64,000 nt of DNA from Chrysomallon squamiferum (lineage: Eukaryota; Animalia; Mollusca): positions 1,984,001 to 2,048,000 of the forward strand of contig CM022665.1 in assembly GCA_012295275.1 (NCBI GenBank), given 5' to 3'. The notes beneath the pieces were generated by a model. That model ran no database searches, was not told where the DNA came from, and saw only the letters and a program-made list of their open reading frames with translations. Both the position numbers and the translations under genes were made by a program. Below are positions 13,641 to 28,100 of this stretch, one piece after another; within the stretch, counting starts at the first letter, position 1; each line of letters opens with the position of its first letter.

Positions 13641-16600
13641 CAATGTGGCCAGTTCTGTCTGTTAGTCAATTACATGCAATTCCAGACATCCCATGGCAAC
13701 TTTCAACTAAGGCTGTCATATTTCAGTCTAAGAATATGTCAAAATGTTAATACGAAAAGTGTCATATATATCACATGGTTATCATTTGCAACGTAGTAAA
13801 AGTCTCAAGTAACTCACATCATTTGTTCTACAGTACACCAGTTACAGTTACGAATATCCTCTACGTTATTTTCTACATCTCAGTCATTTTGCAAGCATAT
13901 TCAACTCCACGATATACAAAGTTTTGATTTGATCAGAGAAATTCTAAAAAATAATATTCTGAAATTTTTATATTTTATTTAATAGAAGTCATGTCTTTCA
14001 ATTTAATTGTTTATCACATACAAGCTCTAAACTTGTGATATTTGTGTTAAATGTTTCTTCATATTTTCACAGTGTTCAGAATTAATTAAATGTACTCCAT
14101 GTTTGCTGTAAGTATTTTAGATTATAAAATATAAACAAGAACAGAGAGACACTGGCAATGATAACATTATTAGTATTTTAATTTGATAATTAGGTTAAAT
14201 AAAAATTATTTAAATTAAGTCATTGTACAGTAATTCAATTTCTATCTGTAATATCCTCCTGAATATTAGTTAATTGAATTAGATAACTTATAATTAATTC
14301 ATCTCACTTGTTTATGATTGCTAATATTGCAGTGCAAGATTATTGTAAATTTAAATAATTTTAAACAAATTTAATGAGTTTGTGTATGTATCTGGACACA
14401 TGTCTATGTATGTATGTTAAATAAGCATGCATGTGTGTTTGTATGTGCTTATGTATATACATGAGCGTACGTAAGTATGTGTATTTGTACAACTTAAAAT
14501 TTTTGTTAGACTACTTCTGCTTTAAGTGTATTTTCAACAGTGTTAAAAAAAACAAAATGTTATTTACATACACATATAGAATCAACTGTACAAAACATAA
14601 TTGTTGCTACATGTGCCTTCATATTGCTAAAGCCCCACAAACTAACTGGTGTGACACCCGATAACTTTACATTCCCATCATTGCAGTTCAAAACAATAAA
14701 TGAATTAGCATTTGCAGATTGCAGACAAAATGGCGCCAATTATGGTTTTTGCTTGTCGACTTTGTCACATGCAGAAAAAATGACAGACATACCTAAGCTT
14801 TGCATAACAGTTGTTGGTTTTTTGCCTTCACATCCTGTTTAGAAAATGTTCTTGCTTAAGATGTTCCATTAGAAATGGTATTAGAGAAAGATGTATGTTG
14901 AGAGAGAGTAAAAGAAAAAGAGTAAGAGAGATTGAAAGAGTGAAACACACAGACAAGAGAAAAAGAGGTACACCTGTGAGTTATAAGTTCTAGAATTTGT
15001 AGTAAATGAAATAATAATATTAACAGAAAAAACCCTGATAAAAATGAAAAAAAAACCAACAACAAAAAACAAAAAAAAACACAACCAGAATGGATCCATG
15101 ATTATCTTACATGGATCATATCCCTATTCAAATAACATGGCACTGTTTGTCGTTAAAACTTACATATATGATTCCTGTTGCTGACAACCAGAATGTGTTT
15201 TTTTTTTTTTTTTATACAGTGTTATATGTCTCAATGTCAGGATTAACATTTATTTGTAATCTAATGCCAACGATTAAACAATACTTGGGAATGTCAGAGA
15301 ATTTTTTTCTTCTTTATGATAATGAAAAAGAAATATTTGAAATATGTGAGGATGTTTTAGTGTATTTGATATGGGGAGGTGTTGAAGTTTTAAGACAGGA
15401 AGAGATAGGAAAAAAATGGCTTCAGCAACAAAACTCTACAGATAAAATTTCAGTTTCACAACATCTCTAAACTGAATGATAACAACAGTCAGCAAATCAG
15501 ACAACTAAACAGTCTTAGAATAAACCTGCATTTGTGTGTATATGTGTGTGTGTGTGTGTATAACTGTATAAATGTATCAATAAATACATATTTACACTTT
15601 AAAACTGCTTCAAAGTGAAAAACACAAATGAAGGCTGATGGATGCCTGCTGCTTTAGAGTCACAAGTGGGCATGCATGGACTTAAATGAACTTTTTGTTT
15701 GCCTAATCACAGACCCCATCCAGATTACAAACAACTGCAAGTCCATGGTGTGTCAGAGGTTAACAAGTAATCTAGCTAATTTGGGCTCTCTTTGATAGCT
15801 AAATGCAGAGAAAAGTGTGAAAGCTGTCACAACTGAATGTACACCCTCGTCTGATGGTGCCATTATCTCCAGTCCTGCTACACACTCCCCGATTCTCACC
15901 ACGATTGATACGCCAATTAGAGCAAGTCTGAAAATGAACCAATTTTAACAAATCTATAAGTCGCTCAATAATTTCTATCCCCTGCACTCATTTGTCACAC
16001 AACAGCTTATATTTATCAGCTTGTGGTGAGGACTGGTCGCTGCCCGCAGTTGATAAATTACAAAACTCATCTCACCATGCTTGCATAATTGAAGAAAGAG
16101 AAGAAAATCGTTAAAGAAAACAAATGTGAAAACTGATGAATTAGTAAAATAAACATCAGTGTTACTTGAAAAACAAAGTACAAAATGATGACATTCAAAT
16201 CTGCTGTAAAGATGGTAAAGAAAAACAAAGAAGAAGAAAGAAAACTTGAATATAAATTAAGAAAATAATTCTCTGTTGAAAGAAAATAAAAAGTGAGGTG
16301 AAAAAAAGGGAAAGTAATGTTTATACTATTTACTATAAATGAAACTTCTAATCATTTTTTTTAACTTTTCAAATCCAATTATTTCCTTGTTTACTCTTTC
16401 ATTTGTTCTTAATTTGATTTAATTTCTTCACATTTACATGAATATGTAATAAACAGTATCCATGATTTATTAAATTTTATCTGAATTTTGAAATAACAAA
16501 TTATTTATTTATTTTAAATAATGAAAAACAGTAATTTCTAAAATATAAATGTATAATTAATATTAAGGATATTATACAAAGGACATATTATAATCATATA

Positions 16601-17117
16601 AAGGACAAATAATAACTGATATTTAGATTATACTGTGAAAAATAAATAACAAATTACTACTGAGATATTTAGCTATAACTTCATCAAATAATTTGATCTT
16701 ATGAAGAAAATAAAAATTTAGACAAATATGAAAAATGAGTAACACATTGATATTTAGATATATTTTAGTTTTCAGAGATTTCACACATTGATTTACATTT
16801 TTTTTTACCCTTTCATTATTTTCAAAACGTTATAATGAACAAAACTCATTGGTTGCTAAGCTGAAATCAATACATTAAAAACAAAGTAATAATGCTGATA
16901 TATTTTTCTCCATGAAAAATCATTTCCAAATTCTAGATGAGAAGTTTATGGATTACTACAACTTAATGGATAATTTGAATCTGTTGTCAAAGGTACCGAA
17001 AACCATTTGCAAATCCTACAAGGCAATGGCAAACAATATTCTGTCTCCAAGAAGTTTTCGGCAAACATAATTGGAATACTTGCAGCCTGCAATCTAATTA
17101 AACTGGCAAACTTGCAT

Positions 17118-17418
17118 TGATTTATGAGTGGAGGTCCAATCAGGAGCCAAGATTATCAATAACTACCCCGTGTCAAAAGTCAGCCACTGAGAGTGGGCTT
17201 GTTTGAGACAGGTTTGTATGGGAGTCGTTTTAATTTTCTCTACAAACATGAGTTTCACATCAACACAAATCTATAATAAACTTTCTCGCAGCAAACAGTT
17301 GCCTAATCGTTAGCTAACACTCCACTCAGTGACTAACTGATTAAAACGGGTAATAAAAATTGAGAGCCAGTGTTTCCCTCACTTACTGTCAGAGCAACAA
17401 CTGTCAGTTTCCTGTCAG
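17118..17418. promoter_or_regulatory. Candidate enhancer with a Pbx-Hox site and three tandem Meis sites
   Basis: TGATTTATGA at 17118-17127. CTGTCAG at 17386, 17401 and 17412. Confidence 0.35.
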
Positions 17419-18895
17419 ATTATGATTTTTGAAAAACCACAGTGAAATAGGGAAGGAAATAAAGTAGCAAAATTTGTTAAAAAAAAAAAAAAATTAAAAG
17501 AAAAAAAAAGTAATAAAGAAGAAAAAAAATTCTCATCAGCTAAATTAGAAAAGAATGTGTGCAAATCTCATCAAAAATTTTAATTTGTGGTAAAAATTTT
17601 ATACACTTGCTTATTGTAAAATATTTTCAATTTTGTAAGATTTTGCTATTACTATAATTATTATTATTTTATTTTATTTTTTTTTTTTTACTTTTCCATT
17701 AGAGCAAATGATTATTTTAAATGAAAGGAAAAGAGACAAGAACTGTAAGCTAAGAGGAAGACTGGAAAACTCATTAAACTTTTATAAGTTTTAAATAAAT
17801 ACTGAGATTCTTAAAATAACAGCTTATATAAACATAGATATTTACATAAACAATCTTTTTGTGTGTATATTAAATTTGATTTTAGAATTTAAAACCCCCC
17901 ATTAATACACACTTTTTCAAACCATTCATAGAAAATGTCAGATTTTATTCATTACTGTATTCAGATCTGAATCTCAAACCGGGATCAACAGACTGACAGA
18001 CTAACAAATAAGATCATTAACATCCCACCATAAAAATCAATTTTTCTCTGTCCATATGGCAAAATATTTCTAAAAAGAAAAGTAAAATCACAGGTGGTGT
18101 GCAACATAAACAAATCTCTTGTAAAACTGTTTCTTGTCTATCTTGTTGGCCATGTTTAATCTAAACTTCTTCAGCGCAGCAACCAACTCCAAAGTATTTC
18201 TTTATCTCCTGGCTGAATAACTTTCTTGGCTTACTTCAACTAGATTGGTCATCACACACAAACAGTCTTTGCAGACTTATTCCACCCATTGTCAGATAGG
18301 TTTTCTATTCAATAAAGACGATAGGGCTACATTAATAAAAGTTATTGTGAAGCCAGTGTCAAGAGATGGGAATATATTTGCCTACAACATCATTTATGTT
18401 ATATATAACTTTACAGTTATCAGAAATATGTGACACACGCTTCTATTTTAGATCTCTTTATACAGAGGAGATTGATAATGAATGATATTGTATGAATTAA
18501 AAAAAAAGAATATAAAAAAAGAGAAAACAAATTATAAAAGTTTTAAATTTGATTATCATTTTACGGTGATGCTCACAGTGATAAAAGTGTAATGATACTT
18601 GGTAAAAATGTGTTTGAACAATTTAATGTTTATTGTGTGAGAGATTAAGTAATGTTGTGTTTTTTTTTTTTTTTTTTTTTTTAAAAACTCATCTTAATTA
18701 ATACCATCCTGTTTTACACACATCATTTTAGCTGATTAGATAAATAAAACATTTTAAAAAGACAAAAATACAGCCAATTACCAGCATATCAACTTCTGAC
18801 CTGGGTTCCTCCGAGTGTTTTAAAAGCAAATATCAAAACATTAACTTAAAACCAGGCAGAAAATAGAATTCCATAAAAATTTGATAAAAAGCTTA

Positions 18896-18898
<3 letters not shown>

Positions 18899-18931
<33 letters not shown>

Positions 18932-18966
18932 AGAAGAAGCAGAAGAAGAAGAAGAAGAAGAAAAAA
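18899..18966. repeat. Poly(A) followed by (GAA)n polypurine tract
   Basis: About 31 A, then GAA repeats. Similar tracts occur at 10279-10335 and 40814-40846. Confidence 0.9.
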
Positions 18967-21959
18967 GATGTAGTATTAAAAAATAAAATATAAAAAGAAT
19001 TTGCATTAATATGAGTATCTGAGGTGGGGGTTCTGGTGATAAAGTCAACAAGATTGGTAAATGTTGAAAAGGGCCCCTGCTGCTCGCTGGCTGGGACTTC
19101 AACTTGGTTTACTTATTTAACAAGATGTGTTATCATCTGCCTGGGAGGGGCCCCTCAACTTATCCATCATCACTTGATGCAATACACATGTTCATCCATT
19201 TCAACTCATTTCATTCTGACAACCTTCCTGATAACTCAATATTGAACAGAGTTCGTGAAAAAACAAACAACATGTAGGACTCTCTGTGTTTTTGTTTACA
19301 CATGTATCTGTATCCACTGCTTGTTTTCAACACTTTAACCCTTTATCAGATCTTTATATTTAAAAAATACATTTGTTAAAAATATATTTACAAAAAACAC
19401 TTCTTCTTTTATTGTATAAATAGAAAGACTTAAAAATAATATACTTTCATTGTTAGAAGTATAAATATCAAGATAGTATTACAATATATATATATATATA
19501 GATATATATTGATATTGTTAGTTCATTTTCATGGAAATCTTGATAATAAAATAATACAAATATTTTAATTATTATTTGAAAAAAATAACAATTAATTAAT
19601 AAACATTAATAAAAACAACAATAAAACAGCCAAAAATATATTCAGTTATTAGAAAATAATTAAATAAGCTGGATTTGTATACAACTAAAATCTTATTTCT
19701 ACATTTTAATACCAGCAACAATTTAAAAAAATAAATGGAATTATAATTTAAAAAAAAAAAAAAATCAGAACAAAAATGTATGTAATGACAAGTGAACTGT
19801 GTAGGAATTACCTGTGGTTTTATTTGCATTAGGAAAACATTAATAGTGCTGCATGCATGAAGTGGTTGCTGGTGCCACGGAACTTGTGCAGTCTACCTGA
19901 GCACCTGTGCACATGCAATCAACAAATTACCAGAGCTCTTTCATCACCACCAGCGAGCTTCCCATTTCCTACATTCTTCCCACAATGGTTTCAAATTATT
20001 TTAAAATGGCGAATGTTTCTTTAGGCTCTTATGTCCAGCTGCTAGGTGGAAGGGCAAAAACAGAAAAACAGTTGTGGAAAGGGCAAAAGAGGATACAATT
20101 TAATCACTGGCAAGTATTTTTTCAGGTGGATAAAACAACATGTTGTGAGCACGTGGCCTGCCAGACAGTTAAAGTGTCTCGCATCCCAGTGTATCAGTTC
20201 ACAGCTTAGAACCAACAACAAAAGAATCATAAAAGAATTATTCCAATTATTTGAATATTTTCTTTCTCCATTTATAACATATCATGTGTTTATGTTTCTT
20301 AGATCGACTTCTGAAATGAAATGGAAACATTGTGCGGTTGGGATATCAGACACAAAGAATATTTTACAGGATTCTTCTGGAAACTGTTAGCATCTTCTCT
20401 GCCTGCTACTTTAAATATTACAAATTATAAATACAATGATAATTTGATTTAATAAAACTGATGAATGAACAGAATTAGTCTCTTCAAAAGTAAGAAACAG
20501 TTTAATGCAATGACTGTGTAAAAAATATTTTCATTAAAAAGATTTATTATAAAGTGAAAATTTAATTATATATTTACACCATCTACTGCACATTCTTTCA
20601 GGTGTATATATTTAATTACAGCATAGAGAAGAGAGAAATTTGTTTTATCGTGACTAGAATACACCCTTAAAAAGTGATCCGTTAGTTCATGATAGGACAG
20701 TTTAATGTTCATAACATTTTCATGATTAGTTTCAGTTAGAAATCAGAGACCTAACAAAAAAGTTATTAAAAAAATCACAACCCCCTCTTGCAAAAAAGCA
20801 GAGAGCGACCCAGCCTTTAACCAGACATTTAAAAAAAAAACCAGTGGTGATATACATTCCATGTCTCACTCGAAAAAAAGTGCTGGTAATTCAGTCAAAT
20901 GAACACTGATACTACACCTACTATAAAAAAAACAATAAAAAAAAAAAAAAACCACCATGAAAACAATCCCTCACTTTGTCATAATGAGGATCTGAATTGG
21001 AGAGGTATTATTTCATCAGTTGAAAAAATATCCAGGTTTAATGACTGAAAAAGCCAGACAACCGAATGTTGAATAATACCAGCAACCAGAAGAAGCAGCT
21101 CACAGGACTGCCATGTCCCTCCATGCCAGAGGTCACCTCAACACAGATAAGGGTGAGGAAAGAAGCAAGGGAGGCGGGGTTAGGTACATGAAAAATTGCC
21201 TGTCATTACTAGGACAGTTTTGTGCATGGCCAGCCCCCAACAAGAGAACAGAGTGGAAGATGCAGGATTGTTGTAAGGGTTGATTTTAATCCTGCTGTCT
21301 GCTCTTGTTCACTGAGAGGGGACACAGCCTACACAGGGGCTTCATTTCCTGCATGGGCCAAAGGGAGTAGGAGGGGTCAGCTGTTATTCAAGTGAAAAAT
21401 ATTTCAATGAGGGCATCCAATGCTGACCACTGCACTCATGCCACTGACCACAGCTGGTCCTGCCACAAGGAATGGTCAATCTTTGAAAGATCATTAATTT
21501 GAAATCGATACCCCATATTCTCAGAGGCCCAGTGTGGAGAAACTACAGGCAAGAAAAATAAAGTTAAAACAATTATGGTGTAAAGTGAAATGGAAACCTG
21601 TGAACACATTTCATTTACACATTTTAGCATCCGAAACTGTCCAAAACAAAACTTTTCATTAGAGTCTGGAAACACCTGCTGATTCTTTCTTTTTACCATT
21701 TATAAATAATAAAACAAAATATTTAATTAGTTTCTGAGATTTTTCAGTTTTTGTTGGCCTTCCACCACTGTTTTTATTTTTTTATTTTATCACTGACCAT
21801 TTATAAAGAAAACTTAATTAAAAATATCTTTACACAGATTTTGTTCTGCTAATCAAATTAGTTAATGGTAAATTATCAAGATGGATGGCACACTGTATTT
21901 AAGATTAGATTACAGTGCTAAAACACTAATACTATAAAAATGGTGGTGTTTTGTGTATA

Positions 21960-21990
<31 letters not shown>

Positions 21991-23549
21991 CTTCTCATGA
22001 AACTAGATCAACCAATTCCAAAGTGGTCTGTGCATAATATCAAACCTTTGTTGTATGACAAAACAAATCTGTTTTTCTTATTACTTCAAAAATGTTCATG
22101 ATACAAACATAAAGTATGGCAGCTGATGTCATTTGTAAGAAAATTAGAAAACTTATGAATGAGATACAGATGGATTGAAGAATCTATCAAAGACTGGCAA
22201 CTGAGATATAGAAACTATATGATAGTAGATTTTTATGGATTACCAGAATCAAAAGTGTGACAGTACAAGCCGATTCTATGAATACTAAATAAATAAAATC
22301 TTGGAATTTAAAATTATCACAACTGATGCCAGTGCAGTGTATAAAATGTAGATAAATGAAATCCAGGTGGATTAACAACATTATCCTCATTAGTAGTGGT
22401 CATTTCTGTCATCTAGGACAGATCCCCAGGCTGAGGGGCAGACTGTTGTGGTTGCCCTTCAATATTACATCACTCTTATCAACATGATTATTCAACTAAT
22501 TACACCTGTGTGATGAAAATATACAAACTGAAGTCACATTAGTGGAAACAATTAAGAGAAGTGTCACAGGGTTTCTCTGTATGTCAGAGATTAACACAGC
22601 ATGTCACTTTTATAGGTTAATTATAACAAGCAAAGTGAAGGGATGTTTACACAGAAATGATTTGTTAGTCACTCATGTGCATTTTTATGTCCCATACAAC
22701 CTTCTTATAAATGATGATAATAAAGTTAATCACAAAAAATTAATGATGATAGTCATTATGGTAGTAATGATGATGAGATGATGATGAATAAGAATGTATT
22801 TAGTTGTTTCTTTTGAAATAAGAAAGAAGTAAGAAAGAAACCCTAGAAATGAATAGAAAGATCGGAAGTATTAATTTTCAAACAATGTTCCTCTTAAAAA
22901 TGTAAAACTACACTTTTAGGAAATTTCTAACATACAGGACTGGATATTAAAATATTTTTCAATTACCACTTGAAGTACATGCATTCTCAATTAAGACATG
23001 GAAAACTTTCTTTTTTTTCACACTCATTAAGTTGCACACAGATGTGTATTACACTATAAATTAGCCCCAGATGTATCTCTTACCAATACTCGGCCCCTTT
23101 TTTTTTTTTAATCTGTTTACCACAAGATATATAAATACCTTAAATGGACCCCTTTTACCAGATGGTAATTAAATCAAGGCATGTAGAGAAACACATTTGA
23201 CCCTTTCTTGGTATACTTCCTAAATATCACTTCCTTAATGCGGACCACTTCCGCTAATTTCACCCATAACAGTTTGGCGAGAATAGCTTTCCAGCACCCT
23301 GAGGCTTGCAGTAGTTCTGTGTGTGTACGTTTCTCTGTATACATGGTGGAAATTAATTATTGTTCACCCAGTGTGATGTTTATTAAGCTGGGAGTTACTT
23401 CTTGTTAACTTTTCCTTCCTATCAAATACATATCTTTTGATCAGCATCAAGAAATAAAATCTAATTAAAATATATTTAGTAAACTTAGATTATCTATCCT
23501 GTCTACACCAAAGAGGAACAGACAGCTGGCAGCAATCAGTGTAGGGCAG

Positions 23550-23584
<35 letters not shown>
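23550..23584. repeat. Poly(A)35 tract
   Basis: Seen directly. Confidence 0.95.
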
Positions 23585-23586
<2 letters not shown>

Positions 23587-25090
23587 AATTTAAAGAAGAG
23601 ATTCTTGGAAAAAAATATATAATAATAATAATAAGAGAAAAGAAAAAAAATTAAGAAAAAAGAAAAATTAAATAAGAATTATAAGACAGGAATTTCTGCA
23701 ACGTGTCATGCGTATTTTAAAAAATAGAAATAAAAGAGAGAACAAAATGAATTAAATGTGTAATTATTTTCTCTTTTAAATATTTGTTTTAACGGTTTAT
23801 TTTGGTTTTGTTTGTAACTGCATGATCAAATATTGTTTATTCAGTAAAGAAAATGAATGGAAATAATTCTTTGTTGTGACTAACAACATATATTTTTTTT
23901 TAAACTTAATAAGTTTTATATACATGTAAAAAGAGATTAAGGAAAAATGATTCTTAATGTTGACAGAAGGTTGATAAACACTGGCTATAAAAATATTATT
24001 TTATTTTCAAAAAAAAGAGGAAGAAGAAAATGATTTAGCTGACATTTATGTAGCAATATTTGTAGTACTTTGAAAACTATGCACATTAAAATAATTTTAT
24101 TATTAGTTTTCTTATTAAAATCAGTAGAAAAAAATATTTTTAAATATTTTAAAAATATTTTTTTTTAAAAGTCCAGTATTCAGTTCTTTCCTTTCTGAAG
24201 AACTAATTTGCATATAAAGAGCAGGTTTCTTTTCTCAGTGCATATGTTACATTTACTTTTAACATGGAATATAATAGTTGAAGTTTTCACAATGAGGTTC
24301 AGTTTCATTAAACTGCCATTAATGTCACTTAATAATGAGTGGTGGCTGTAATCAATAAGCTGGTTCCTCGTGGTGCATGTTTTTATTAAGCAGTTCTCAT
24401 TGGACACATTTCTTTTCACATACTTATGTTCCTTTCAGGTGTGCCATCTCATTAACATCAGATTAAGTCCCAGAGGTTGCAGGTTCAAACAACAACTATT
24501 TTTTACTTCCATGGATCACCACCACCATTCTAAAACTGCTGTATCAAAATTTGCGTGCTTATACTCAAAAGTTAAAAAACATGTACAACTGGCTGTCAGT
24601 CTGAAAGAATTTTAAACTGGTGGTAAATGACTGTCACCTCTAACACCCAGCATGTTCTAAACAATTTTTACAAATACACAGCAAATACATAAAAAATATA
24701 TTTAACAATAAATACATATATGTATAACAAAGTTTGAAAAGAAATTGCATGTAAGTAAAAGAAAGTTTAAAAAGAAATACATGCATGTAAAAGAAAGTTA
24801 AAAAAAACTAAATTGAAAAAATAGCAGCTAGAGATCTTTCAAGAGCATTCTTTAACAATATCTAGCTAAATGAAGGTTTATATTTGACCCTTTTTGCAAT
24901 TCCATAATAATAAACTCCCTTAATAAATATGCTGACAAATTTAACTAGAGCTGGATAATAAAAAGAAGAGAACAGACACAGGTAATATTTGTCCAGGTAT
25001 TGTCAACTTTATGTCCAGTTAATGTCAGTGCAGCTATAAATGGTGATTCAAAGTGTAATAACTAAACAAATGACAATGGTGGAAGGAATG

Positions 25091-25166
25091 TTAGATACAT
25101 TTAATGTTAATCTGTTGTTAATCTTAACTTAGATACTTTAATGTTACTCTGTAGTTAATATTAACT
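25091..25166. repeat. Two-copy tandem duplication, about 38 bp
   Basis: TTAGATACATTTAATGTTAATCTGTTGTTAATCTTAAC followed by TTAGATACTTTAATGTTACTCTGTAGTTAATATTAAC. Confidence 0.8.
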
Positions 25167-28100
25167 AAATAAAATTAACACTGGTTGAGAATAATGTTAA
25201 TTTTAGACAGACTGTGCCACAACAACTGAAATACCAATGTGTGTTTTCCAGCATACAAGGACCACCCTCTTAGTTTTAACACATATAAATTTAGCAACTC
25301 AGTGCCTGTGCATATAAAAAATATAATTTTATTGCAGATTGATCTCGCTCAGTGATTTCATCCACTGCACTAGCCCACGGGGCAGAACAGCTTACTGGCC
25401 CATTGACCAGTTAAGGACCATTAGTCTTCCTGAAAAGAAACAAAAGGCCTGCCCAGCCCACCAGACATTTGTTTCCTTTTACCAATGTGGACTGTGGCTC
25501 CACTTTGCCATAAGTCTAAAGCCCATTGACCAAGGGGAATAATATGTTTTGTTATGATTTAAGAAGCCTGTATGAAACACTGAACTGCATATACCGCATA
25601 CAGTGGGGACATCTGCTAAACAGTGAATGGGTGGCTTTATGTTGCCAAACACTGAAAATGAAATCAGACTGAGGTTTTTCTTCTATGAATGGCCAGATCT
25701 CAAAATCTGACACAAGATATACAAAGCTGGACATTTAGTCAAATCAAAAGTAAGTTAAAGAAGGCAAGAAGGTTCCATGGCCACACCACCCTTTATAAAA
25801 AGAAATTTGTGATAACTTGAAATACCCACATACTGATATAATACAGTGTTGTGAGATATCACTTGAAAAGACTTTACAGGCTGGTGATCGATTTTATCCC
25901 AGTGCCGTTGTCCCAAGCAGCTAAGAAATCTAACAGAATCTAACCCCTTCTGCCCTGTGTAAGGAATTAATATCATGGCAATCGTGGCTGCCTTTTCAAG
26001 CAGTTGCTGGGAAGGCCCATTGGTGTGTAGGACTCCACCATGGCTGCTTATCAAACAGCTATTATGTGGGATAAGTTTATTCTCCTCAGTGAAGTTTTCT
26101 CCAGCTGCCACTGTTTGTTGTGTGACTGAACATTTCCAAGCAATGACACTTGTACAAAGATATTTTCCAAAACCGCACACTTTAATGTATATATCTATAA
26201 CATAACATATATATCTATAGTACATAACAATTTTATTTTATACCCTAATAACTCATCAAATGTCTTGAGGCCACAACAGAGATCTTTATAGCTGTAGCCA
26301 AGTCACTGAACTCTAGGTGAATTAGTATTAGGTTTACAAGTGATACATGACTAACTTGTACAATAATAACTAACATACTAACAAACCCCTGTGAAGAATA
26401 AAATCAGTTTATTATAAATAGGTTGTGATACTATGATATTTCCAGTTGCAATACAAAACTGAATTATTTGGTTACTCTTGAGATATAAATAAATAAATTA
26501 ATAAACAAACAATGTAACATAAAAAAAAAACTAACAAACAAACTGAAAGTTCCTGCTTTTTTCTACAGTTTACAGTTAAAACCAAAACTTATTATTAAGC
26601 AACTTCATTTAAGTGGTGGCTGTGCATCAGCTGTGATAATTACAACTACAAGAATGTCTTTATTTCAGTAACAGAGTGGAAGTCTCACTGACACAGGATG
26701 GCAGGAACAGGTGGGAATGCCACAGCACACAGCCAGTCTTCATGTTCAGTTTGTTAATCGGCTGCAGAAAGTTACAAACAGGTCAAAGGTTATCATATCA
26801 CTGTATCTAAAGTCACATGATTTCTGTGTGAAGAAAGCTGAGCTGGCTTGATTGTGAAAATGGCTGGCATTTGGAGAAAATCACTGGAATGATTTTTTTT
26901 TTTTTTTTTTAAAGTTTTAAATAAACATGTTTTGAAAAAAAAAAATCAAAAGAGGAATCTTTCGAAAAGTAAACTGTTTTGTTAAGTAAGTCTCCCACAG
27001 TCAATTAATAAGAATCATGTTTTTTTTTTATTTTTTACAGATCATTGTTTTTCTTATGGGATGATTAAATTTATTAAGGATATAATTAAACAGAGGTTTT
27101 TTTTTAAAAATATGCTTTGTCAAAGAATCTTCTTATTCCATTCCACTGGTTAGTCCTGTTTGTAAAATTAAATCATGTAACTGTTACAGCCTGTGCCACA
27201 TTTTTGTGAAGAGCTGGAATACTTAAGGCCCAACTTTAGAAATACAGAATTAAACCACTGTTTTAATGTTCAAATAACACTTCAAAATATCTGACTACTA
27301 TTAACAGTTTATTAATACATAAGACAGATTTCACAGCATGTGCATAATTGAATATATATAATTTGTTTTGGTTGTGAAAAAACTACCACTAAATTATCTC
27401 ATTAAATCAGTCAATTTGAGATTTTCAAATCAATATGCAACCCCATCTAACAACCACAAGAGAAAAATCACCAGTGGTAATCCATATGAATAGGAACAGA
27501 CTAACATTGAGCAAAATTTTTTGAAAAGCTGTCAAAAATATTAACGAGCTGGACTTAGCAGTGTCAACACATTTTTTGTGAGGAACAGACTCTAGTCACA
27601 GGGAATGAATTATGGTAATGGATAGGAAATCAAGGGTCGGGACAGCGAGAATATTGCTTCGCCATTCAGTCCTCTGAATTAATCCTTCCTCCACCATGGG
27701 GTGCTGCACACAGACAATGGATTAGCAGTAACTGACGAGAGAAGCCCTGGTTGTCATAAACAGATAGTGAATTGGTGATCCATCCCCCAGATTGTTGTTG
27801 ATATATCGATGTCCTTTGAACTATCATTCTGCCATCACATAGGAAAATCATTTCAAAAAGCTAAAATAAAAACTACGTTTGTTGCTGAAATATGGACTCG
27901 AGACTTTATTAACATTGTTTCAATTTGTAATTTTCGAGACATCTTTGATTTAATGTCTGACTCGAGTACATGAGGTATGATGGCAACAGGGGATATTCCA
28001 GTTATTTCATTTCATCTCCACTGCTTTTATCACTCATCACTCACAAGATGGCGCTCTTACGTTTTAAGCAGTTACCAGACATGCGACAATTTTTTATGCT

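Noticed and set aside
13212-13720. 7SK or other Pol III gene (GGATGTC...GACATCC closure, GATC words)
   Set aside because: The internal T5 at 13449-13453 would terminate Pol III, the TATA-like word is too close to the start, and there is no terminal oligo-T.
25755-26225. Longest ORF in the track (156 aa, minus) and the overlapping plus ORF
   Set aside because: No recognisable domain, it starts in AT-repeat sequence, and I found no convincing splice boundaries. Such ORFs are expected by chance in a GC-richer island.
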